Virus record (IMG/VR): IMGVR_UViG_3300035498_000371
Span: 1-64,000 of that record
Direction: 5' to 3' (one strand)
Length of the DNA stretch: 64,000 nucleotides
Origin: a virus
Lineage: Duplodnaviria > Caudoviricetes
This document shows positions 10,643-20,415 of this stretch, piece by piece (the stretch's first letter is position 1; every line of letters starts with the position of its first letter). The position numbers and the translations under genes were made by a program. The notes under the pieces are model-generated. The model was given only the letters and a program-made list of their open reading frames with translations, was not told the DNA's origin and did not search any database.

Positions 10643-13012
10643 ATGGCTACAGTAAAAGATAATATCATTAAGGTCGATTTTAGAGAGACCTATGATAATA
10701 ATATGGTGCGCTATAGTCTGTATGTATTATATGATAGATACGTACCAGATATTAGAGATGGCTTAAAGCCAGTACAGAGAAGAACTCTCTACGCAATGTG
10801 GCATGATATTGGTTGTGTATCTAATGCCACTAAAAGAAAATCGGCAAACAGTGTCGGAACTGTTATTGCTAAATACCACGCTCACGGCGATAGCGCGGTC
10901 TATGAGGCAATGAAGTGTTTAACAAACTGGTTTGAGATTAAAGTTCCATTGATTGTGTATGATTCAAACTCTGGATCTATGCAGGGTGGCCCTCAAGCAG
11001 CAATGCGATATACAGAATCATACCTATCTAAGTTTGCTATGGATTGTGTTATTGGAGAAATGGCAGAATTTAGGCAGGTTGTTGATTGGCAGAATACATT
11101 TGATAATCACACAATGGAGCCAGAAAGTCTTCCAGTTAAAGTTCCTCTGTTGCTTGTAAATGGTTGTTTTGGTATTGCTATTGGTCACAAAATCGAAGTT
11201 CCAAAGCACTCATTAAATGATGTAATAGATGCCACGATAGATGTGCTTCATAATCCTAAAGCTAAGGTTATATTAATTCCTGATCCATGCCATAGATGTG
11301 AAGTCATTGATACAGACTGGAAGAGAATATCCAATATGGGATTTGGATATTTCACAGAGAGAGGTATTGTAGAGATAGAGACTTGTAAGAATGGTTCTTC
11401 TATTCTTCATATCAGATCAGTTCCGGATCTCGTATTTCCAGATAGTATTACTGCTAAGATTGAATCTCTTATTAAAGAGAATAAGCTTATCGGCATTGAT
11501 GATATTCAGGATCATTCATCAGAGGAAGAACTTGATATATGGATTATGCTTAAGAAAGGCACTGATCCAAATTATATTAAGCAGGTTCTTTATAGCAATA
11601 CTCAACTTCAGGATAATAAGAGAGTTAATATGGAAGTAATCAATGGAGTAGAGATTAGTCGTGTAAGTTATAAGGCTTATATTTCATATTTCATTGAGTA
11701 TAGACGTAATGTAAAGTTCAGGCTTTACAATGCTAGACTTCAGAGCATTGAAACTAGACTTCATGAAATGGAGATTTACGTTAAGATTCTTGAGTCTGGC
11801 GATGTAGATACTGTAATAGACATGATTCGCAATCAGAATTCTATGGATGAAAATTATCTTATAGATTGGCTGATGAAGAAACTCAAAATTACAGATCTTC
11901 AAGCCAAATTTGTATTGAATATTAAGCTTATGAAACTTTCTAAAGGTTATCTATCTAGCTATAAAGCAGAGCAGGCTAGATTATCAGCTCTCGTTAATGA
12001 TTACGTTAATGCTATAACTAATCCTGCTATTATAGATGCTGAGATAGAGAATGAGTTGCTTGATATTAAGGCAAAATATGGAGTACCAAGAAGATCAATA
12101 CTTATATCTGAAGCATCAGCGTCTAATATCCCTGAGGGAGAATTTAAGGTTATTATTACTGAGCAAAATTATGTAAAGAAAATGCCAGTTAATGAACCTT
12201 TCAAAGCATTCAAAGGAGATCAGGCTAAATGTATGGTTATCGGAGATAACTCAAAAGATCTTGTTTTATTTGATCAGATGGGTAAAGCATTTAGATTACC
12301 AATGCATAAGATTGCATTTACTGAAAAGAATTCTCCAGGAATAGATATAAGGTTGTTGGTAAAGAAGCTTACGAGTAATATTATAAGCGTGATGTATCTT
12401 CCTATAATAGAGGCGCTTAATGAGAAGAACTCTAAATACTTCTTGGTTGTGGTATCTAAGGGAGGATTGATTAAAAAGATTGATCTTGCCGATATAATCA
12501 ATACCACACCATCTGGAATTATATATTCTAAACTTAATCCAGGAGATGAAGTTTGTGAGGTATTAATAGCAAATTGTAAATCGGATGTTGTTGTTTATAC
12601 CAAATCAAAAGCTTTGAGGATTTCTATGGATAGTATTCCTTATCTTAAGAGATCTACTCTTGGTAATATTTCCATTAAATCATCTGAGCCTGTAGATGGT
12701 ATATCAGTAATCACATCTGAGACTAAGGATTTGATTATTGTAACTTATAGAGGAAGATTTAATAGACTTACGCAATCAGCCCTTGTGAGGAGCGATAGAA
12801 ATAGAGCAGGGTCATCTGTTATACGATTATCTAAAGGAGACTATATCAAGAAAATATTCCCTTGCATTGATGATACAAAGATTCGTGTAATAAGACCAGA
12901 TGAAATGCTGGAGATAGAAACAGCAAGTATTCCTGTAAGTTCTACGATTTCTTCAGGAGAGAAGTTATGTAAAGATGGTATTCTCAAAGTAGAAATGCTA
13001 AAGATTCAGTAA
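10643..13012 (+). CDS. gyrA: Type IIA topoisomerase subunit A (GyrA/ParC-like)
   Basis: DGLKPVQRR, YHAHGD, AAMRYTE (catalytic Tyr), C-terminal pinwheel-like repeats. Confidence 0.93.
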   Translation: MATVKDNIIKVDFRETYDNNMVRYSLYVLYDRYVPDIRDGLKPVQRRTLYAMWHDIGCVSNATKRKSANSVGTVIAKYHAHGDSAVYEAMKCLTNWFEIKVPLIVYDSNSGSMQGGPQAAMRYTESYLSKFAMDCVIGEMAEFRQVVDWQNTFDNHTMEPESLPVKVPLLLVNGCFGIAIGHKIEVPKHSLNDVIDATIDVLHNPKAKVILIPDPCHRCEVIDTDWKRISNMGFGYFTERGIVEIETCKNGSSILHIRSVPDLVFPDSITAKIESLIKENKLIGIDDIQDHSSEEELDIWIMLKKGTDPNYIKQVLYSNTQLQDNKRVNMEVINGVEISRVSYKAYISYFIEYRRNVKFRLYNARLQSIETRLHEMEIYVKILESGDVDTVIDMIRNQNSMDENYLIDWLMKKLKITDLQAKFVLNIKLMKLSKGYLSSYKAEQARLSALVNDYVNAITNPAIIDAEIENELLDIKAKYGVPRRSILISEASASNIPEGEFKVIITEQNYVKKMPVNEPFKAFKGDQAKCMVIGDNSKDLVLFDQMGKAFRLPMHKIAFTEKNSPGIDIRLLVKKLTSNIISVMYLPIIEALNEKNSKYFLVVVSKGGLIKKIDLADIINTTPSGIIYSKLNPGDEVCEVLIANCKSDVVVYTKSKALRISMDSIPYLKRSTLGNISIKSSEPVDGISVITSETKDLIIVTYRGRFNRLTQSALVRSDRNRAGSSVIRLSKGDYIKKIFPCIDDTKIRVIRPDEMLEIETASIPVSSTISSGEKLCKDGILKVEMLKIQ

Positions 13013-13123
13013 TGATTTAAGGGTAGGATAATTCCTACCCTTTTATTATTTTTTATGAGAATATATTATAAAAGTAATAATGGTTAGCCATTATAATAAT
13101 ATAAGTTAAGGAGGTAAAGTATA

Positions 13124-13297
13124 ATGAAGGTAAAGAATTTAACCAGAAGAATGAAGGATTTTGCTATTAAAAGAAAGCTTAATCCTGACGAATGGGGATA
13201 TATAATGAATACTTCCGAATTATTCGTCATGGTTAATAAGAATACCAATGAGAAGAAGGAGTACGATAAGAGTTTATATCCTAATACATATTTCTAG
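13124..13297 (+). CDS. Small 57-aa phage protein (DUF6906-like), not in the ORF track
   Basis: AAGGAGGT RBS; MKVKNLTRRMKDFAIKRKLNPDEWGYIMNTSELFVMVNK. Confidence 0.65.
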   Translation: MKVKNLTRRMKDFAIKRKLNPDEWGYIMNTSELFVMVNKNTNEKKEYDKSLYPNTYF

Positions 13298-13312
13298 AAA
13301 GGAGACATATGA

Positions 13313-14074
13313 ATGCCTAACATTTGTATTGCAAAATTAGTTATTAAAGGCTATAAAGATAACGTAGATGAATTCTGCAAGATATTAAGAGCAGATTACA
13401 ACTACGGAACTATGGAGTTTTCACATAAGAAGCATTTCTATAGAATCTTTGAAGTATATGATCTTGATGAAGAAATTCATGGCGTAGAAAAAACAAAGAC
13501 TGTAGAAATAGAATGCGCTTGGAGCGTATCTTGTTGCATGTTTGACGAACCGATGTCATATTATGATCAGTGTACAGGAATGCCTTCATACAGTAAACTA
13601 GATCCATATCGCGGCCTTAGTTCAATAAACGATTATAGTCGCGATATATATAAAGAAAAAGAAATGGCCGCATGGCATATTATTCATTCTACTCATATAA
13701 TGGCTGAAACTAGAAGGCTGGGATTATTTATAGAAATAGTTTCAGAGGAACCAGGCATGTGCTTCCAAGAGCATTATAAGATAAACCAAAGCACTCTTGT
13801 TAGTGATGAAACAACAGATTTCTATGAGTTTTATATTGGAGATCATGATACGAAGAAGGAATGGGAAGAAGAGTACGAAAGTGAAATTCCATTAACAGAA
13901 GAAGAATATAAGAAACTACGTGAAGAGGGAGAAGAGTATTACGTTCCTCTGTATGTGGAGATAGATGAGAATTCTTCTATTTATTATCCTACTCCTGTAA
14001 AGAATGTAATGTGCAAAGTCATAGACAACTCTAAAGAGTTTATCCCATTATATGAAAGGAATAAACAGAAATGA
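13313..14074 (+). CDS. DUF1281/YubB ferredoxin-like domain protein
   Basis: MPNxC start, AWS and EEPGMCF motifs. Confidence 0.55.
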   Translation: MPNICIAKLVIKGYKDNVDEFCKILRADYNYGTMEFSHKKHFYRIFEVYDLDEEIHGVEKTKTVEIECAWSVSCCMFDEPMSYYDQCTGMPSYSKLDPYRGLSSINDYSRDIYKEKEMAAWHIIHSTHIMAETRRLGLFIEIVSEEPGMCFQEHYKINQSTLVSDETTDFYEFYIGDHDTKKEWEEEYESEIPLTEEEYKKLREEGEEYYVPLYVEIDENSSIYYPTPVKNVMCKVIDNSKEFIPLYERNKQK

Positions 14075-14637
14075 AGATAATATTTTTAGATATAGATGGA
14101 GTACTAAATGGGTATGGCTTAATAACGCATCTAATATTTAAAATATGTGGATTTCTTCACATTCCAGCAAGAATTGTAAAGCGATTTATTGATCCATTTG
14201 GAGTTCATTACTTCAAAGTGAGAAGACTAGCAAAGATAGTTCGTATTACTGGAGCTGAAGTTGTATTAAGTTCATCATGGAGGCACGCTTATTTCGATGA
14301 TAGTCATCAATCAGATGATATTAAAAAATTAAAAAGATTATTCAAGAGGTTTAAAATTCATGTAATGGATAAAACCGATAGGGATGTCGATGGTATTCGT
14401 GGAGCAGAAATATGTGATTGGATGCATTGTGCACAGCATCTAATCTCTATAGAATCATACATTGTTATAGATGATGAAACGTGCGATATTATAGATTATA
14501 TTCCTACAGATAGAATTATTAAAACAACAACTAAACCTCATGATTATATTATTAATGGTCATTGGAGTGAGCGTACAGGATTAAAGAATAAACACGTAAA
14601 GCAAGCTATTAAAGCTCTTAGAACGCCATGTTTCTAG
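14071..14637 (+). CDS. HAD-family phosphatase (Swiss-army-knife RNA-repair type)
   Basis: FLDIDGVLN, VLSSSWR, RGAEI, IVIDD. Confidence 0.85.
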   Translation: MKIIFLDIDGVLNGYGLITHLIFKICGFLHIPARIVKRFIDPFGVHYFKVRRLAKIVRITGAEVVLSSSWRHAYFDDSHQSDDIKKLKRLFKRFKIHVMDKTDRDVDGIRGAEICDWMHCAQHLISIESYIVIDDETCDIIDYIPTDRIIKTTTKPHDYIINGHWSERTGLKNKHVKQAIKALRTPCF

Positions 14638-14647
14638 AAATAATTTT

Positions 14648-14672
14648 CCCTCTACGGTTATTCCGTAGAGGG
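14648..14672. terminator. Hairpin of the repeated ctctacgg/ccgtagag family
   Basis: ccctctacgg-ttatt-ccgtagaggg between convergent genes. Confidence 0.7.
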
Positions 14673-14686
14673 ATATCTTTTGTTTA

Positions 14687-15862
14687 TTATTTATTTGATT
14701 CCTGAATGAGTAATGCAAAATACGCATTTATAGATCTATAGTATGATGATTCTGTTGCACCTCTAGAACGTCTTCTAGTAAAATGCTCTGAATTATTAAT
14801 CAGTATGAGATTCAATAATTCTTTCTGCCTTACGACATATTTATTTTTTGAGTTTGGTTTTGGTTTAATAGAGAAGCTAACGAAGTCTAAATCTTTTACA
14901 TCTTTCGTATTAGACTGCTGGAAATAGCACGCTACCATTAGAGTTACAAACTCTTTTATTAATGGAACGTTCTTATTATCAGCCATTATGTTTTCTATAA
15001 TGCTCTTAAGCTCATCCATCTTTACATCATTATTTGATGCCATCTTACAAAGCTTGTAATTTATACCATGAGTATTTATAGCATACATTGTATTGCTAAC
15101 AATTCTTTCCATTCTAAATACATCAGAATCTGCTAATCTATAATTATCCTCAGAAACATCATCTGAATCGTAAGTCATATACAAATCTTTATTATCATAA
15201 GCCTCATAATATAACTCAGCGATATTGGTCATAAACGACCCTATACGATTATGCAACTGCTGAACGAGATAAGCACAATCATCATCATGGAAATCTTTAA
15301 ATCTCTGGCCATATGATTCTAACCATGTTGTACTTACGCTTTTTATAGCACCAATAACATTTCCTTCACGAACAATATCGAATTTATTATTGCACATATT
15401 GTTTATAACATAATCCATTACGTGTTCTTGTGGTGCTGCTACTGGAAATGATCTATACCATATACTTGGATAGAACTTTCCACTGAATGCCATACTTATC
15501 AGTGCCAATTCAAGATCTTTCTTATCATTTTTTGTTCTGAAATATCTTACTAAACAAAGCATTGCTATAGTACATTCATCTTTAGCATATCTAGGATTGA
15601 AATTAGATATCTCAGCATAATAAGTATGATCGATAGCATCCTTAATTACTTCTTTATTGATACCTGTAGATTTGAAGAAATCATCTACATCTGTTGCTGT
15701 AAAATAAATCTGCTCTGATGGCATATTAGAATATAACTGTTTTGATCTATTACTCATAAATCTTGATAAGAATTTTTTATATCCGTTCATATTATTCTTA
15801 ATCTTGTTTTCGCATTCTTTATATGCAATATTGAGTATTGCTGTTGTATCTTTCATTATCAA
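14687..15862 (-). CDS. Hypothetical protein, 391 aa
   Basis: Long ORF with GGAGG RBS. Confidence 0.8.
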   Translation of the reverse strand: MIMKDTTAILNIAYKECENKIKNNMNGYKKFLSRFMSNRSKQLYSNMPSEQIYFTATDVDDFFKSTGINKEVIKDAIDHTYYAEISNFNPRYAKDECTIAMLCLVRYFRTKNDKKDLELALISMAFSGKFYPSIWYRSFPVAAPQEHVMDYVINNMCNNKFDIVREGNVIGAIKSVSTTWLESYGQRFKDFHDDDCAYLVQQLHNRIGSFMTNIAELYYEAYDNKDLYMTYDSDDVSEDNYRLADSDVFRMERIVSNTMYAINTHGINYKLCKMASNNDVKMDELKSIIENIMADNKNVPLIKEFVTLMVACYFQQSNTKDVKDLDFVSFSIKPKPNSKNKYVVRQKELLNLILINNSEHFTRRRSRGATESSYYRSINAYFALLIQESNK

Positions 15863-16093
15863 ACACCTCCATTATTAGAATTTAATTAGATGTCGGGAAA
15901 TTCATATATTAACGTAAAATGAGCTATTTTCAATCTAATCACACCAGATTATCAGAAATGACTAAATATTTTGAATACGTTAATTTTAGAGTTCCTAAAC
16001 TAACGTATTGCGTTAGATAGAGAACGAAGAATTTTATTGATATTTAAATTGCATAATATATTAATATAATAAAATGCTTGGAGGTATTAATCT

Positions 16094-16507
16094 ATGAAAA
16101 AGACAGTATTAAAACGTATCACTTCAATTATGCTTATTATCAATACAGTAAGCATCGCAGTATGGTCAACCAATATTAACGAAATTCTGAATATAGTTTG
16201 CATATTTTCATGGTGCATTAGTGATCTATGGATAATAGCATTCATCTATGCGAATTGTATTTATGAAACTCCGAAAAAATCAAATAAGAAGAATGGAAAT
16301 AAACAACCATCTAAAGTCTTAAAGATAATAAAGATTCTGTTTGATTTGGTATTACTTATATTTTCTATGGCAAACATCGCTATAGGCGTGTATAATATTT
16401 ATCATGGAAATATGATCTTTATCTTATGCGTATTTATAGGTATAGTATTTTTATCAGGGTTAATTGGGGAATATGGGAAAGATGAAGTAAAGCATTTAAC
16501 AAAGTGA
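16094..16507 (+). CDS. Membrane protein with about four TM helices
   Basis: Four hydrophobic stretches; GGAGG RBS. Confidence 0.7.
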   Translation: MKKTVLKRITSIMLIINTVSIAVWSTNINEILNIVCIFSWCISDLWIIAFIYANCIYETPKKSNKKNGNKQPSKVLKIIKILFDLVLLIFSMANIAIGVYNIYHGNMIFILCVFIGIVFLSGLIGEYGKDEVKHLTK

Positions 16508-16596
16508 TACTACATAGACGGATGGGTAATAATCCCATCCGTCATTTATGTAATTCTATTTATTTTTTACATGCTAATAATATCTAAGGAGGTGAA

Positions 16597-17331
16597 ATGT
16601 TTATGTATAAAGAAAGACTTGAAACTGAACGTATGATTTATGAAGTAATGGATATTCTTGATAAGTCTACAGGATGCGATAATAAATCATTTTGGATGGA
16701 TAAACTAGGAGGTATGTCGGATACTCAATTTAAAGCGTATATCTCAAAACCATTCCCTTTCTTCTACCAGGTTGGGGCGTTTAAGGAACCATCAATGAAT
16801 GATATTATCAAAGCTTTAGATCATATTGGAGTTCCATTATTGGAAGAAGTTTATATGCCATTTAAGTATAAAGACAAAGATGGTAATCCAGTAAAATCTC
16901 AGAAATGTCTTGTTATTTATCCATGCGATAAACGAATGAAACAGATTATTACTAAGAAAAATAAAGTAAGCTTAGACAACAGTATGAGAGATATGAGAAC
17001 AGGACAATTAACTGGAGCTTCTAAGGGAGGACGAAACAGCGATCATGAAGTTGAGGCTGCTACATTATCTGGATTGGATAATTTACTTAAGGAATTATCT
17101 AGACCTAGAGGCGATGCTATGGTAGATAAAGAAATTATGAATAATACCATTAAAACTCTTGGGCAGGTATCGTTAGCAGATTTACCAGATGATCCTACAG
17201 ATTCTCTTGGAAAAAATAATTTGTCAATGATGTTTATTGGCGCTCAGTTATATACGAATCTTGTTAATGAAGATTATTTACTTCCATATACATTGAAAAT
17301 GAGAGATAAAAAAGTAGAACGTGTTGATTAA
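16597..17331 (+). CDS. RNA polymerase beta extreme C-terminal fragment (probable small virion-RNAP subunit)
   Basis: RTGQLTGASKGGRNSDHEVEA..GLDNLLKEL..RGD aligns with RpoB TQQP..GGQRFGEMEV..L.E..KSD. Confidence 0.75.
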   Translation: MFMYKERLETERMIYEVMDILDKSTGCDNKSFWMDKLGGMSDTQFKAYISKPFPFFYQVGAFKEPSMNDIIKALDHIGVPLLEEVYMPFKYKDKDGNPVKSQKCLVIYPCDKRMKQIITKKNKVSLDNSMRDMRTGQLTGASKGGRNSDHEVEAATLSGLDNLLKELSRPRGDAMVDKEIMNNTIKTLGQVSLADLPDDPTDSLGKNNLSMMFIGAQLYTNLVNEDYLLPYTLKMRDKKVERVD

Positions 17332-17338
17332 GCTATAT

Positions 17339-17362
17339 CCTCTACGGTTAATTCCGTAGAGG
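17339..17362 (+). terminator. Intrinsic terminator (ctctacgg family)
   Basis: cctctacgg-ttaatt-ccgtagagg followed by T-rich tract. Confidence 0.7.
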
Positions 17363-17409
17363 AATTTCTTTTCGGATTGTATATTATAATTACAAGTGAG
17401 GTGATTAAT

Positions 17410-18231
17410 ATGATATCTGGAATAGATTATGATAAAATATATGAAAGTAATGGGTATGGAAAATATAAAATACTTAGGGAAGTTGAACCTAGAATGTATG
17501 GATCATATAAAGCTAGAATGGTTGAAGTTTTATTTCTTCAGACTGGGTATATTGCAACTGTTAAACTGGCAGTTGCTACAGGAAGTCATGCTATTAGAGA
17601 TCCATATTATCCTAAAGTATGTGGAGTTGGATATATGGGAGATACTCATATGGGAAATAAGAAAATATATAAATGCTGGAATGCTATGATTGCCAGGTGT
17701 TATAATCCTGCAACTCCTTGGTATAATTTATATGGAGGTATTGGTATTACTGTATGTGATAGATGGTTATGCTATGAAAATTTTGCTAATGATGTAAAAG
17801 ATCTTCCTGGATATGAAGATTACATAAATAAACCTGGATATGCATTAGATAAAGATATATTACAATCTGGGATTCCTCATAATCAGAAAGTATATTCAAA
17901 AGAAACTTGTTGTTTCATTCCTATAGCAGATAACCATTGTGAAGTTGTTGAACGTAATAGTGGAGATTCATTGATTGGAGTTCGTGAAGTTTCTGAAGGT
18001 AAATTCACTGCTAGGGTTACTCATAATGGAAAAGAACAACATCTTGGGACATTCGATGCTCCTGAATATGCTGCGACAATATTTGATTATTATGCCAGAT
18101 TGTATAATCATAAAGCTCTTAATAATTTAGATGTAGATATTGGAGTCTCATTACAGCATAGGATTGGATGTAATACTGTTCCTATTTGCAAGAAAATTAT
18201 GTGTAAAACTGTAAAAAATGAAAAATTGTAA
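17410..18231 (+). CDS. Free-standing HNH-like homing endonuclease with C-terminal AP2 domain
   Basis: WNAMIARCY..YGGIGITVCDRW..F..D, LDKD, YSKETCCF; AP2-like FTARVTHNGKEQHLGTF; GAGGTG RBS before 17410. Confidence 0.8.
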   Translation: MISGIDYDKIYESNGYGKYKILREVEPRMYGSYKARMVEVLFLQTGYIATVKLAVATGSHAIRDPYYPKVCGVGYMGDTHMGNKKIYKCWNAMIARCYNPATPWYNLYGGIGITVCDRWLCYENFANDVKDLPGYEDYINKPGYALDKDILQSGIPHNQKVYSKETCCFIPIADNHCEVVERNSGDSLIGVREVSEGKFTARVTHNGKEQHLGTFDAPEYAATIFDYYARLYNHKALNNLDVDIGVSLQHRIGCNTVPICKKIMCKTVKNEKL

Positions 18232-18261
18232 TATTTTACAACACTAAAAACTTTTTGGTAA

Positions 18262-18510
18262 TTAGGTGGTGGCGGGTGTCAACCGGCACGGCGGAGCAAT
18301 CACCATGGGACAACCATCACTACGACTAGGCCTTCGGCCATTATAATGTCGTATACGCGCTCTCGCGCAGAACTGGCCATGGCATGTGTTTCCCTCCCTC
18401 TTCGAGGGAGGGCTAATTTGCACTAATTAGTGCGCATTGATTTATATTAGGGGACGCCGGAAAGGATCACCCTATCGGTTTGAAAATCGACCAGAAATCC
18501 ATTATTTTTT
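18262..18510 (+). ncRNA. Unclassified GC-rich structured RNA candidate
   Basis: Several perfect hairpins plus long-range pairing; AACT-N6-TA motif at 18249-18260 and a T tract near 18505. Confidence 0.6.
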
Positions 18511-18567
18511 GTGCAACTTTCTATTTGATTATATATTATAATCATACAGAAAGGAGATTTATAAATT

Positions 18568-19062
18568 ATGAAATCAGAAGATATTGAACTATATAGACCA
18601 TATCCCAGTCAGGGATATGGTTATTTTAAAGTAACAGGAATAGATTATTCCAAAAGCAAAGAAAATCCAACGTTACAAATTGTATTTTATGAAACTGGGT
18701 ATGGGGCAACCATATCCTTCAAACAATTTACTTATGGATTAGCAGAAGATTATCATCAAAAATATCCTGCAGATGTTTTAAAGATAGGATATTCAGACGG
18801 TCTATTTAAATCTGACAATCCAAAGGCATGGAAATTGTGGGTTGATATATTACGCAGATATTGTGATAGAAGCCACCCGCAGTTTGATTACTATGGAGCC
18901 GTATATGATTTATATAATATTAAATGGATTCATTATGGTGAATTCCTTAAGTATTATAATTATAGAGAATATATTGGTAGACCAATAGAAAGATTCGATG
19001 ACCCTGAATTAACAGCTCAAGGAAACACTAAAGTAGTGATGGTAAGCGATTGTGTAAAATAA
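18568..19062 (+). CDS. Truncated/diverged paralogue of the 17410 endonuclease N-terminal region
   Basis: YPSQGYGYFKV..FYETGY..W..IL.R..YG parallels YESNGYGKYKI..FLQTGY..W..MI.R..YG; no HNH or AP2 part. Confidence 0.65.
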   Translation: MKSEDIELYRPYPSQGYGYFKVTGIDYSKSKENPTLQIVFYETGYGATISFKQFTYGLAEDYHQKYPADVLKIGYSDGLFKSDNPKAWKLWVDILRRYCDRSHPQFDYYGAVYDLYNIKWIHYGEFLKYYNYREYIGRPIERFDDPELTAQGNTKVVMVSDCVK

Positions 19063-19297
19063 TACGTATCATAGAACTATATGGTAAGTATACGATCTTG
19101 CCAATCGTACCCATATACATTTACTATTCTTCATTGCTCCCAGATGCCTACAATGGCATCTGGATAGCTTTATTTTTGAGGATTTGGTAGATGAGAAATA
19201 ATACAAAATAAAAGCTTATGAAACTTTATAATAAGATTTGCACAACAAATCATTATAGAAATAGCACTCATAAAATCTATTTTAAGGAGGTGAAAAT

Positions 19298-19453
19298 ATG
19301 AGCGAAAACAAGCAATATGGAGTAATACACGAGCTAGGAGATTACTCAGGATTTAAGCAGCTGAATGATAAAGATAATAAAGATTATAATCAACAGCTCT
19401 TAGAGGAACAGCAGCGCAAACAGGAAGAGCGCAAAAATAGTACCAAAAAATAA
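19298..19453 (+). CDS. Small 51-aa hydrophilic protein, not in the ORF track
   Basis: AAGGAGGTG RBS; MSENKQYGVIHELGDYSGFKQL... Confidence 0.6.
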   Translation: MSENKQYGVIHELGDYSGFKQLNDKDNKDYNQQLLEEQQRKQEERKNSTKK

Positions 19454-19508
19454 TACATCTTAAGTACAAAGCTGAGCAGAAATAACGCTTGGTGAAAGGA
19501 GAATAACA

Positions 19509-20411
19509 ATGGCAAAACAAAGTAAGTTGACGCAAATTATTTACATCCTAATTGCGTTAGTACCAGTATTGACATTGATGAATACCCTTTCAGCCTCAAC
19601 GAAAACACAGGACGAGGTTGTTATGGAAGAAGTAGTGGCGACCCCGCCTGCCAATGATTCATCAATAAATGAGGAGGCAGGCACCTCTATGATAGCATCA
19701 GTTGCTATGAGTGGGAGGATGATTGTCTCTGAAGCAGCAAGTATTGAAACTTTAGAATTAACTGAAGTAAAATCAAGTTACGAAGAGGAGGAAGCTGAAA
19801 AAGCAGCAGAAGAAGAGCGCCGTAGAGAAGAGGCTATAGCCGAACAACGACGCTTAGAGTATGAAGAGCAACAAGAAAAAGACAGAGTGACCGCATATGT
19901 TTACAGTACCGAGAGCGTATATGAAGGTTATTTTACCAAATATATGGACCTAAGGAATTGTAAAGAGGTTACTATTGATGAAATGAATTATCTGATTGAT
20001 ACCATTGTTGCGGGTAGAGAATCAGCACTTACAGGTTGTGGAGAAGCATACATAAAAGCATCTCAACAAACTGGATTAAATCCAATATTCTTATTATGCC
20101 TTACGGCACAAGAGGCTGGCTGGGTAGTTTCAGATATGCACGCAGAAAAATGCAATCCGTATTCTATCCGTATGCTTGACGATAATGTAGAACTAGGATA
20201 CGTTTTAGGAGATACATTTAGTGAAGGGATAATTGCTGGAGCTGAATGGATTAACGAAAATTACTATGATGAGGGTGCTCATTCATTGTATGAATTTATT
20301 TATGGAAATAAATGCTACTCATCTTCAAAAGATAAGTGGATTAGTGGCATTGTTTCAAATATGAATAAGTGTTACGACTTATTAAAATCTTATAACCAAC
20401 AGGAGGAATAG
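19509..20411 (+). CDS. Membrane-anchored or secreted glucosaminidase-like (GH73) peptidoglycan hydrolase
   Basis: N-terminal hydrophobic helix; GEAYIKAS..GLNPIFL..AQEAGW, NPYSI, Y.S...W. Confidence 0.75.
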   Translation: MAKQSKLTQIIYILIALVPVLTLMNTLSASTKTQDEVVMEEVVATPPANDSSINEEAGTSMIASVAMSGRMIVSEAASIETLELTEVKSSYEEEEAEKAAEEERRREEAIAEQRRLEYEEQQEKDRVTAYVYSTESVYEGYFTKYMDLRNCKEVTIDEMNYLIDTIVAGRESALTGCGEAYIKASQQTGLNPIFLLCLTAQEAGWVVSDMHAEKCNPYSIRMLDDNVELGYVLGDTFSEGIIAGAEWINENYYDEGAHSLYEFIYGNKCYSSSKDKWISGIVSNMNKCYDLLKSYNQQEE

Positions 20412-20415
20412 TAAA

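Noticed and set aside
15380-15410. NMCNNK in ORF 14687-15862 (also LMCYAN, PMCRQ elsewhere) as tag copies
   Set aside because: They lack the upstream basic residue and/or downstream aliphatic pair and are internal; not counted
18262-18290. tRNA/tmRNA-like 3' end (…cccgccacca) on the minus strand
   Set aside because: No proper T arm or matching 5' acceptor strand
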